A DNA stretch of 64,000 bases, taken from the NCBI GenBank assembly GCA_021796385.1, contig JAJYXQ010000023.1, positions 16,807-80,806 on the forward strand. Reading direction: 5' to 3'. A program made the translations under genes and the position numbers. The DNA is from Thermoplasmata archaeon. GTDB taxonomy: Archaea; Thermoplasmatota; Thermoplasmata; Lutacidiplasmatales; UBA184. The notes below the pieces were generated by a model that was given only the letters and a program-made list of their open reading frames with translations, did no database searches and was not told the origin of the DNA. This document shows, one piece after another, positions 1 to 8,629 of the stretch (positions are counted from its first letter, which is position 1; the number at the start of each line of letters is the position of its first letter).

Positions 1-186
1 GGCCCCGTTTCCGGAGGGGGCGGGACCCAAGGATCCCCGGGTCTGGTGAGGAAGGGCTCCTCGCAGGGGTTATCCGGTGTGGGGGCTATCGTTCACCGGA
101 GTACGATTCGTGAATGGTAACCTTTCACGGTTGAGCCCGGCGATGGCCCAGTCAAGCTGACCCATCGATTCCGACAAGTTCAGGGT

Positions 187-1641
187 TCACTTGGGGGCTG
201 GAGGACCCGGGCCAAACTGGAACGGGATCTCCCCCTTCAGCACTCGAGTCCCAAGCTCTCGGTAGGCGATCCCCTGTAGCTGTCCCGTCTGGATCACGCT
301 GGCCAGCAAGGCGGTGCGGTCCGCCCCCTTCTTCGTCCGGGATCCCCAGGACAGCTTCCGTTTCACGGCGATGTGAGGACGGAGTCCTTGCTCTGCGATG
401 TTGTTGTGAGCATCCACACCCATCTCCGCCCACCACCACAGCTCGTCCCAGTGCTTGCTCCCGTACTTTTGAAGGGTCAGGGCCACCGTGCCCTCACGCT
501 TCACTCCCAGCCATCGGCGGGCCCACGCCATCAACCGCTTGGCCTCCCGGGCCTTCTCTTCCCCGGTGGGCCACTTGGCCACCTCCAAGATCCGCCGGCA
601 CAGTTTCTCCATCGCTCGCAGACCGCGCCAGTCCGGGGCATCGGAGGGGCGTTCCCATCCCTCCTGCCCCTGCTTCGCCTTCCGTAGGAGGTGGACCCAG
701 CACCGTTGCTTCTTCCCGTGCACGGCGTTGAAGGCCACCCCTCCATCACAGTTCAACACCTGTCCCTTGGGTCGACGCTTCCCGAGGACTCCCTCGGGAA
801 CCTCGTGGCCTGCCGACTTGTCCACCCGGAAGAAGGCCGCCTTCACATCCGGGCTGATGAAGTCCCACAGGTTGTAGTTGACCCCGTCCACTCTCCATCC
901 GGTCCAGTCCGCATTGACCTGCTTGCCTTCCTTCAGCGCCCGCCGGATCGCCTCGTAGGCAGGGGCGAAGAGACGAGCCGACCTCGCCAGCATCTTGTCG
1001 ATCTCGCCCACGCTCACTTTCAGTCCGTAGTCCGAGCTGAGGAGATCCCTCAGCATCGAGGTGGTCAAGCCCTTCAGGGACCAGTAACCAACGAGGAAGT
1101 GCGTTCCCCACGAGAAGTTCGACTTCGGGGGAGCCACGTCGTGGGGGATGTGGGCTCTCCGGATCTTCTTGCATCCCCGGCATCGGTAGCGACCGATGCG
1201 CCACTTGGTGATGCGCACATGACCAGGGATGACGGACTCCACAGTGTGCTCGTCCCATTCGAAGGGGCCCTCCAAAGGCCCTCCGCAGTCGGGACAGGCG
1301 TTCAACTCCGCCTCCCGTGTCTCGTCGATTTGCTCGGGAGGTGGTCGATGGTGCGCCTCGTGCCCCTTCTTCGCACCACGCTTGTGTGAACTCTCCTCTC
1401 CCTCCTTCTTCACGTTGGGTTTGACCCAGGGAGGGGGAGGACTTCGCCTTCCCTCCTGGAGTTCGAGGAGATGGCGGAGTCGCTCGATCTCCTTGTCCTG
1501 CTCTTCGATGCGGTGCTGAAGGCGAGCCAGAAGCTCCTCGAGCTTCTTCTTGGAAATGATGAGGGTCTCCTCGGATGCCCCGTCTGCAAGAAGTCCGTCC
1601 ACCGCCGGAGAAACCATACTTCCGGCAATAGAGGAAGACAA
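187..1641 (-). CDS. IS66-family transposase (TnpC-like, single-ORF type); mobile element gene
   Basis: 484-aa ORF with an N-terminal leucine-zipper/coiled-coil (KKKLEELLARLQHRIEEQDKEIERLRHLLELQ), a CPDCGG zinc-finger motif and a conserved IS66 core (WVHLLRK, DETREAELN). Host-like high GC. No convincing TnpB-like orf2 upstream. Confidence 0.85.
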   Translation of the reverse strand: MSSSIAGSMVSPAVDGLLADGASEETLIISKKKLEELLARLQHRIEEQDKEIERLRHLLELQEGRRSPPPPWVKPNVKKEGEESSHKRGAKKGHEAHHRPPPEQIDETREAELNACPDCGGPLEGPFEWDEHTVESVIPGHVRITKWRIGRYRCRGCKKIRRAHIPHDVAPPKSNFSWGTHFLVGYWSLKGLTTSMLRDLLSSDYGLKVSVGEIDKMLARSARLFAPAYEAIRRALKEGKQVNADWTGWRVDGVNYNLWDFISPDVKAAFFRVDKSAGHEVPEGVLGKRRPKGQVLNCDGGVAFNAVHGKKQRCWVHLLRKAKQGQEGWERPSDAPDWRGLRAMEKLCRRILEVAKWPTGEEKAREAKRLMAWARRWLGVKREGTVALTLQKYGSKHWDELWWWAEMGVDAHNNIAEQGLRPHIAVKRKLSWGSRTKKGADRTALLASVIQTGQLQGIAYRELGTRVLKGEIPFQFGPGPPAPK

Positions 1642-1884
1642 TTCGCGCTTTAGACCTTTCGGTAGTAGCTCCGGTGTGAAAGTGGGAGTTCAACCGAAGG
1701 TAAAAACGCCTCGAGGGGCCCTACTGTGAAGGGTTACTCCACGGCATCCCAGATGACCAGAGGACACTCGACCAAATCCTGGGAGGGCGCCCAGAGATAC
1801 CGTCTGCGAAGGAGATAGCCTCTGAGAGCGAGTCCGAGCCCGGAGATTTCCCGGATTCGGGCGACGAGAAGGAGGACTAGGGTC

Positions 1885-3426
1885 GTGGGGTCTCTCAGTC
1901 TCACGCCCGCATTCTCTCAAAGGGCCTTTGTGTCTCCAGATCCTTTGCTGGTGTTTGGACGAGGGCAGAAGTCTGGGGATCAACGTATGGGGCTGGCACT
2001 TTACGGGCCAGCTCCACTTGTTGCGGGGCCGAGGGAAGACGCACCGATAGAACTCTCCGTGGGAATAGTCGGGACCGGGACATCCATCTCCAGCACAAAC
2101 GCATGGATGCGCTCCGTCAGCTCAGAAGTATACTGCCGTAGCAAGAAGGGTGTTACATCCTATTTTCCAGGTCTCAACGCGGACTCACCTCTTCGAACAA
2201 GCTTGCGAACTGACCCCAGAATCCAAATCATCTTGTCCACGTCTGAGGTGGCAGAGGCGGTCGCCCCGAAGGACTATGGCGAGCGTATTGACAAGGTCAC
2301 TGCTCTCTTCGCACGTTCCTTCAAAGCTCTGTCGAGCTCGGACCCTGCGCCTCAAGTGGTCCTCTGCCCACTTCCCGATCAGGTCATTGAGCGATGTGTC
2401 ACAGGGCTCGATCGGTTCGGGCGGTATCGTTCTCCCAAAAGATTGGCCCCACTGCCACGCGGACATCAGTCGAGCCTATATGACTTCCTCCCTGACATCG
2501 GTGGGATTGAGGCTGAGGCGGCCGCCGTGGACCACTACGGCAATCTTTGGAGGGCGTTGAAAATCGAAGCGATGAGGGTTGGGTTGCCGCTTCAGGTGAT
2601 ATGGTCGCGAACCTTGGAACAGGGAGTGGGGGTACAAAACTCCGCCGTCGTTGCATGGAATCTCTTCTCTGGACTTTATTACAAGGTGAAGGGGAGGCTC
2701 TGGCACCTTCCAGTGCAATCGACCACTACCTGCTACATCGGCCTTTCGTTCTACCATGAGAGGACGTCGGAGAACGACCGTCTCAACTGTAGCATGGCCC
2801 AAATCTTCTCCGATTCGGGTGATGGTTTGGTCTTCAGAGGAGGTGCTCTGGCCCGACGTTCCGAGATGGGGCTAACACCACGATTGGACGCGCACAGTGC
2901 AAAGTCCCTAGTGAGTCAATCACTCTCTCTCTACCACACTAGGATGCAGGGTGTTTATCCTGCCCGTGTGGTGGTTCACAAGAGCTCAAGGTTCTCACTG
3001 GAAGAACGGGAGGGTATCGAGTCAGCCATCACGGAGGCTGGAATCAAGCTGTTCGACATGGTTGCGATCGAGCCGGGAAGCACATACCAGTACTACCGGC
3101 TTGGAAGGTATCCCCCGCTGCGGGGGACCTCGATACGGATGCCGGATGGTCGGTGGTTAATCTACACAAGGGGGTACGTGCCCATCAACCACACGTATTC
3201 TGGGCCCGCGACTCCCTCGCCGCTCGCCGTGCTGGAGCATTTTGGGGAGTCCTCCACAGACCAAGTCCTCTCCGACATAATGGGGTTGACTCGCCTCAAC
3301 TGGAATAGTACCGACCACTCATGCCTACTTCCAGTGACCCTAGCTTCTTCCAAGAGGGTAGGAAGTGTCCTTTCGGAATACCGTGCCGAGGGCGAACCTG
3401 GCACACAGCTCAAGTTCTACATGTAG
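1885..3426 (+). CDS. PIWI-domain protein, short prokaryotic Argonaute-like (MID-PIWI), catalytically degenerate; possible true start near 2104 (MRSVSSEVY) where GC drops
   Basis: MID/PIWI junction motif NLWRALKIEAMRVGLPLQVIW (compare Ago NLxLKINxKLGG). PIWI strand motifs TCYIGLSFYH (in place of GxDVxH, D->S) and ARVVVHKSSRF (in place of HRDG). C-terminal LNWNSTDHSCLLPVTLASSKRVGSVL resembles the PIWI C-terminal PxxYYAxxAAxR region. Length 440-513 aa fits a short pAgo. Confidence 0.7.
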   Translation: MGSLSLTPAFSQRAFVSPDPLLVFGRGQKSGDQRMGLALYGPAPLVAGPREDAPIELSVGIVGTGTSISSTNAWMRSVSSEVYCRSKKGVTSYFPGLNADSPLRTSLRTDPRIQIILSTSEVAEAVAPKDYGERIDKVTALFARSFKALSSSDPAPQVVLCPLPDQVIERCVTGLDRFGRYRSPKRLAPLPRGHQSSLYDFLPDIGGIEAEAAAVDHYGNLWRALKIEAMRVGLPLQVIWSRTLEQGVGVQNSAVVAWNLFSGLYYKVKGRLWHLPVQSTTTCYIGLSFYHERTSENDRLNCSMAQIFSDSGDGLVFRGGALARRSEMGLTPRLDAHSAKSLVSQSLSLYHTRMQGVYPARVVVHKSSRFSLEEREGIESAITEAGIKLFDMVAIEPGSTYQYYRLGRYPPLRGTSIRMPDGRWLIYTRGYVPINHTYSGPATPSPLAVLEHFGESSTDQVLSDIMGLTRLNWNSTDHSCLLPVTLASSKRVGSVLSEYRAEGEPGTQLKFYM

Positions 3427-3479
3427 GTCACTTGAGAACGTTCGCAAAGCGATAAGTGCCCTGAGAAGTCACTCCCCCC

Positions 3480-5549
3480 ATGGCCAAGGGGGGAGGTAAA
3501 GTAACCTCAGAAGAAAACGGGACGATCGCGCCATTGGTCAAGCCACGGGGATCTGCGAGACTGGTTTGGAACTCTAAGCCTCACCGCGAGCCAAATCCGC
3601 GGGATCTTGAGTTCCAACCCGCGGAGGTAGTATTTCCTAATCGTGCCGCGGGTCAAACCGAGCTACTCTTACCTCGAACGTCAGAGGGTGAAGTGGATGA
3701 TAGTAAACTAAACCGTCTGATATGGGGAGACAATCTGCTTACCATGCAGGTGCTCTTGGCTCAAGGATTCGCGGGGAAATTTGAGCTCATCTACATCGAT
3801 CCCCCGTTCCTGAGTAACAGTGACTATTCCCACAACGTTTCTATAGCCGGAGTCAAAGACGTTAGACAGTCGCCTAGTATGATAGAAAGGCTTGCCTATC
3901 GCGACACTTGGAGTGGGGGTATCGACACCTACTTGGATTTTCTGTTCCCCAGACTGCAAACAATGCGGTCACTACTCAGTGACAATGGCACCATTTACAT
4001 CCACCTTGGACCGTCAGTTGCCCCATACGTCAGGGTGCTAACGGACGAAATCTTTGGAACTGCAAGGTTTCAGACCACGGTCATTTGGAAAAGAACTTCG
4101 GCTCACTCCGACACTCAGGGGTGGGGGAGAAATTATGACGAGATTCTCGTGTACTCTAAGGGAGACGCGCCAATCTGGAATCAAATGTATGGGGAGTACT
4201 CGGATGAGTACGTAAAATCGCATTACAACATGAAAGGTGAGGACGGGCGCCTCTTCATGCCAGACAACCTAACTGCGTCGGGTCTTAGTCACGGGAGCTC
4301 CGGGATGGCTTGGAAGGGTTTTGATCCTTCGACAAAGGGCTGTCACTGGAAATTTACTGTCGAGAAGCTTGACATACTTGACGCTCAGGGACGAATATAT
4401 TGGCCGCCGTCCGGGGGTTGGCCACGTTACAAGAGATATCTAGATGAAATGTCAGGGATACCGTTGCAAAGTATCTGGACAGATGTACCTCCAGTAAATA
4501 GCCAAGCAAGAGAAGATTCCGGATTTGACACCCAGAAACCACTCTCCTTACTGAAGAGGATTATCTCCGCGTCTTCAAACCCAGACGGTCTCGTTGGTGA
4601 CTTCTTCGCTGGTTCGGGCACCACCGCAGTTGCAGCAGAAACCCTAGGGCGAAGGTGGCTGTTGTGTGACCTTGGAAAGGTGGGAATCCAAGTTTCCAGG
4701 ACAAGACTCGTAGATATCGGTGCCAAGCCCTTTGTAATCGAGAACATCGGCAACTACCAACGGGAGTTGATATACAGAGAAGGAGGGAATATTGCGATGA
4801 TGCAACGCATTGTCATGAAACTTTACGGAGCAGAACCCCATCCAGCTCACACCGACATCGGGATTTTGGATGATGGTGGAAAGAGAATCCTTGTCTATGT
4901 CGGATACCCTGATCGTCCACTGACCGCGAAGAAGACCGCCGAGCTAGTCAAGATAGCACGGTCTCTCGACGGAGTCGGTTACGACAAGTTGGTACTACTC
5001 GCTTGGGACTATGAGTATAACTATGATGAGGGAATCGAGGTCCGCAGAAAGGGGTTTGGAGTCCAGGTTGAACCACGCCTCATTCCATCGAGTATCTATG
5101 ATTACTTGCGCAAGTCGAAGAACGAGGATGACTTGATCGAAAAGTTTGCTAAGAAGATTCAATTCGGCGCCAAGCCTTATCTCAAGGTCACGTCCCCCAA
5201 GGTTACCGATAGAGGCGGAGGTGAATACAACGTCGTAGTCGCCATCGAAAAGTATGTTCTCTCCGAGATTCCAGTTGAGAATGAAGACGACCGAATCGAG
5301 CTTCATAAGATATCGGCTGGAGATAGATTCGCCGTTCTCATTGACTACTGGGCTGTGGATTGGGACTACGACGGAAAAACTTTCCGCAGCAGATGGCAAG
5401 ACTTTCGATCGAACGAGAAGGGTGGCAGGTCAATCACCACTAGGGCGAATACAACGCTCACCGAGTCTAGGCGGTTCGACATTGCAGTCCGAGTAGTCGA
5501 CGTCTTCGGGAACGATGCTACCGCAACGACAAGTGTAGATCTGAGGTAA
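3480..5549 (+). CDS. mod: Type III-like DNA methyltransferase Mod subunit (beta-class N6A/N4C MTase) with about 290-aa C-terminal extension
   Basis: N-terminal LIWGDNLLTMQVLL followed by motif IV ELIYIDPPF, then motif I FFAGSGTTAVAAETLGRRWLLCDL about 260 aa later (IV...TRD...I order = beta class, typical of Type III Mod). Its stop lies 2 bp before the Res start. Confidence 0.85.
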   Translation: MAKGGGKVTSEENGTIAPLVKPRGSARLVWNSKPHREPNPRDLEFQPAEVVFPNRAAGQTELLLPRTSEGEVDDSKLNRLIWGDNLLTMQVLLAQGFAGKFELIYIDPPFLSNSDYSHNVSIAGVKDVRQSPSMIERLAYRDTWSGGIDTYLDFLFPRLQTMRSLLSDNGTIYIHLGPSVAPYVRVLTDEIFGTARFQTTVIWKRTSAHSDTQGWGRNYDEILVYSKGDAPIWNQMYGEYSDEYVKSHYNMKGEDGRLFMPDNLTASGLSHGSSGMAWKGFDPSTKGCHWKFTVEKLDILDAQGRIYWPPSGGWPRYKRYLDEMSGIPLQSIWTDVPPVNSQAREDSGFDTQKPLSLLKRIISASSNPDGLVGDFFAGSGTTAVAAETLGRRWLLCDLGKVGIQVSRTRLVDIGAKPFVIENIGNYQRELIYREGGNIAMMQRIVMKLYGAEPHPAHTDIGILDDGGKRILVYVGYPDRPLTAKKTAELVKIARSLDGVGYDKLVLLAWDYEYNYDEGIEVRRKGFGVQVEPRLIPSSIYDYLRKSKNEDDLIEKFAKKIQFGAKPYLKVTSPKVTDRGGGEYNVVVAIEKYVLSEIPVENEDDRIELHKISAGDRFAVLIDYWAVDWDYDGKTFRSRWQDFRSNEKGGRSITTRANTTLTESRRFDIAVRVVDVFGNDATATTSVDLR

Positions 5550-5550
5550 G

Positions 5551-8448
5551 TTGATGCCAAGGCAACGAAACCTCGAGGAGGAGGATATCACCCAACTCTT
5601 CCTCAGCAAGAAGCTCGCAGAGCTTGTTGACGATTGGGCGAGGGACGACTTGCCGATTGATCAACGCTGGCCAGGAACCACCCAGACCACTCACGAGCTA
5701 CTTCGGTACTGGTTCAACCGTGATGTGGATACCCCGAGTCGGTTCCACGACGCCCAACGGCGAGCGATTGAAACTCTGGTTTACTGTCACGAAGTCTTGA
5801 GAACAATCGATGGGAAGCCCATCGGGAAACTAGCTGATATCTATGAAAGGGTCGTCCCTGACAAGATTGACCAGTTCACCCATATTGCCACTGAAACTGC
5901 GGAAACTGACTACCAGAAATATTGCCTCAAGATGGCCACTGGGTCTGGGAAGACCTGGATTCTACAAGCCGCCCTCGTGTGGCAGTATTTCAATGCGGTT
6001 CGAGGAGAGGGGGCCCCTCGAAGGTTCTCGAAGCACTTTCTTGTGGTCACTCCTGGACTCGTGGTCCTATCGCGACTTCTCGATGCATTCCTAGGCAAGA
6101 AGGATGCTAGCGGAAATCGAGACCCCACCAAGGCCGACCTCCGTAACGACCTGTTCATTCCCCCAGAATGGCGGAAGGATTTCCATGTGCGTGTAATGAG
6201 TCCAGAGGATATCAATCCCTCTACCTCTGCTGGAGATGAAGCCTTTGTGCTGGTGCTCAACTGGCACAAGCTTGCGTCTAAGGATGGACGTGAGACGCTC
6301 GCTACGCAGATTTTCGGCCGAGATGAAGGAGACAACTCCGAGGTATACCTATCTTTCCTTTCTTCTTACCCAGACCTCGTGATCTTCAATGACGAGGCGC
6401 ATCATGTGCACAGCAAGGCGCGAAGTGAGGGGAGCAAGGACATCGATGCAAAGTGGTTAGAGGCCGTTAAGCGCCTCCGCGAACACAATCGCCGCCTCGG
6501 TAGCAGGGCGGGACTATTCTTGCAAGTTGACTTCTCGGCCACCCCATTCACGGGAACAGGCAATGCAAAGCGGTACTTTCCCCATATCGTCTTTGACTAC
6601 GATCTCAAAGACGCCATGAACGGCTGGTCTCCTGTCCAGAAGAAGGTGGTCCCGCTTCCCCTCGTAAAGCAGCTGTTCCTCGAAGAGAGGCAAACAACCA
6701 CAGCGGAACTGGCCACCCTTGACTTCAGAGCGATTCGAGAAGCCGCAGATGGCAAGAAGAGAGGGGCGGTGGCGGCTTTGAGCTCTGGACAACTCCTGAT
6801 GCTTGAGATTGGGCTCAAGAAATTGGATCAGATAGCCAAGGAGTTCGCACGATCAGGATTCTCGCAGAAGGCAGTCATGTTTGTCGCTTGCGAGGAGAAC
6901 GAGGTTGCCGACCTGGTCTACGATCACCTGAAATCCCGTTCGGACGACAGAGGGCGTCTTCTCAAAGACCAGATACTTGTGATTCACAGTGACGCCAAAG
7001 ACCGGATTGCAGAGGATGAGTGGAAGGAAAACCAGTTCCTCCTCGAATCGATCGATGACCCTGAGTCGGTGAACCCCAAACGCATCATCATCAGCGTCAT
7101 GATGCTCCGTGAGGGATTCGACGTTCGGAGCATCTGCGTCACCGTGGTCCTCCGGTCGAGTGAATCCGACATCCTCTTGGAACAGATGGTAGGGCGTGGA
7201 TTACGTCTGATGTTTACCGGCCCGGAGTTCTTTGAAACCAAGCTACATGCCCTTGAACAAGTTTCTCAGGGACAGACTCCTTCGGCGGCCCTCGACTTCC
7301 TGTTCGTGGTGGACCACCCCAGATTCCGACAGTTCTACGAGACTCTCAGGAACGAGGGATTCCCTATCTACTCAGGCGACAGTTCAGGAGTGAACACCAG
7401 CGGCGATCTCCAGCCTGTCAAAGTCGACCCAACGAGAGTCTCAACGTACGACGTGGGTTGGCCAATACAGTTCCACGATGAGGGAAGGATCCCAGACCCC
7501 CGTTTGATTGACCCCAAGACCTTACCGACCTTCGGCAAGACCTTCCCAGAAGTCAAAGCAGAATTCGATGCCATCCTGATTGCCGACAAGCACAAGGTCA
7601 CCGAAAACATTGTCTCGACTTGGGGCCTTCAGACAGAACTCTTCGATTACGGTTTCTTCCTTCGTCAGATAGCACTGAGGTTAACCACCGACGGAGGGGA
7701 CCGCACAACACTTTCTGCACGCCGTTCCGAGCTCATGGAACTCATCGACCGGTACACTAGTGACTATCTTTTCGGAGCGCCCGTAGATTTCACGCTCGCT
7801 GACAACTACCGTGTGCTGGTTCATGTCCCCATCTATGACTTCGTATCGCAACGACTTCGAATCGCACTGACGGACCTCCTCGGAAAAGTTGTCTTTGAGC
7901 CTCAATCCGAAGCGGTGTGGCAACGAGTATCTCGAGTGCCCGAGATTCTCACCCGCAGTAAAACCGCCGTCACCACAACCAAGTCGGTGTACCCCAAGCA
8001 AGCACCAGCGGCCAAAGGTGGGGGTTTCGAAGCCAAGTTTATGAGGGACGTCCTCGAGCGGAGTGGCAGTGTGCTTGCCTACGCCAAGCTCGATCAGAGA
8101 CACGATTTTCGTATCCGATACGTCAACGAGTACGGCATAGCTCGGGACTATTACCCTGACTTCTTAGTGAAGACCAAGGAGAAGATGTACCTTGTGGAGA
8201 CTAAGGCCAACAAGGACATGGGCACCGCAGTGGTGGCGAGGAAGGCGCGAGCCGCAACGGGGTGGTGCGAAGCGGCTAGCCGAATCAAGCCCCCTCCCGA
8301 GTTGAATCAGCCACAGGAGTGGGAGTACGTCCTCCTATCAGAGAGGACCTACGACCTCAACCGTGCAGTTGGGTTTGACGGACTCTTGGCCACTTGCAGG
8401 ACTGAGTTGCGTCATGTCCTGGCTTTTGGACAGGGCAGGTTGCAGTAA
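5551..8448 (+). CDS. res: Type III restriction enzyme Res subunit (SF2 DEAH helicase + C-terminal PD-(D/E)xK endonuclease)
   Basis: Walker A KMATGSGKTW, motif II VIFNDEAHHV, motif VI QMVGRGLRL. C-terminal nuclease motif YPDFLVKTKEKMYLVETK (PD...ExK). 965 aa matches the EcoP15I Res size class. Confidence 0.85.
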   Translation: MMPRQRNLEEEDITQLFLSKKLAELVDDWARDDLPIDQRWPGTTQTTHELLRYWFNRDVDTPSRFHDAQRRAIETLVYCHEVLRTIDGKPIGKLADIYERVVPDKIDQFTHIATETAETDYQKYCLKMATGSGKTWILQAALVWQYFNAVRGEGAPRRFSKHFLVVTPGLVVLSRLLDAFLGKKDASGNRDPTKADLRNDLFIPPEWRKDFHVRVMSPEDINPSTSAGDEAFVLVLNWHKLASKDGRETLATQIFGRDEGDNSEVYLSFLSSYPDLVIFNDEAHHVHSKARSEGSKDIDAKWLEAVKRLREHNRRLGSRAGLFLQVDFSATPFTGTGNAKRYFPHIVFDYDLKDAMNGWSPVQKKVVPLPLVKQLFLEERQTTTAELATLDFRAIREAADGKKRGAVAALSSGQLLMLEIGLKKLDQIAKEFARSGFSQKAVMFVACEENEVADLVYDHLKSRSDDRGRLLKDQILVIHSDAKDRIAEDEWKENQFLLESIDDPESVNPKRIIISVMMLREGFDVRSICVTVVLRSSESDILLEQMVGRGLRLMFTGPEFFETKLHALEQVSQGQTPSAALDFLFVVDHPRFRQFYETLRNEGFPIYSGDSSGVNTSGDLQPVKVDPTRVSTYDVGWPIQFHDEGRIPDPRLIDPKTLPTFGKTFPEVKAEFDAILIADKHKVTENIVSTWGLQTELFDYGFFLRQIALRLTTDGGDRTTLSARRSELMELIDRYTSDYLFGAPVDFTLADNYRVLVHVPIYDFVSQRLRIALTDLLGKVVFEPQSEAVWQRVSRVPEILTRSKTAVTTTKSVYPKQAPAAKGGGFEAKFMRDVLERSGSVLAYAKLDQRHDFRIRYVNEYGIARDYYPDFLVKTKEKMYLVETKANKDMGTAVVARKARAATGWCEAASRIKPPPELNQPQEWEYVLLSERTYDLNRAVGFDGLLATCRTELRHVLAFGQGRLQ

Positions 8449-8629
8449 CTATCAAGGTCTGTAGATACAATTCCTTGGGAATTTGACCTATGCCGAAGGT
8501 TGCATTCTTCAGCCATGTTTTCCAGGTGGCTCTTGACGATGCTTTCGCCTCGAGCTCGATTAACCAGCGAAGTTATTTACCCAAGTCCATCTCGAACGAG
8601 AGTTTCTCAGCCCGAGGGAGCGATGGTCT

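Noticed and set aside
8449-8629. Palindrome ATTCCTTGGGAAT upstream of the ParA-like gene as a parS/operator
   Set aside because: It is a single short 5-bp-arm palindrome with no tandem iteration. It is mentioned in the evidence but not called as a feature.
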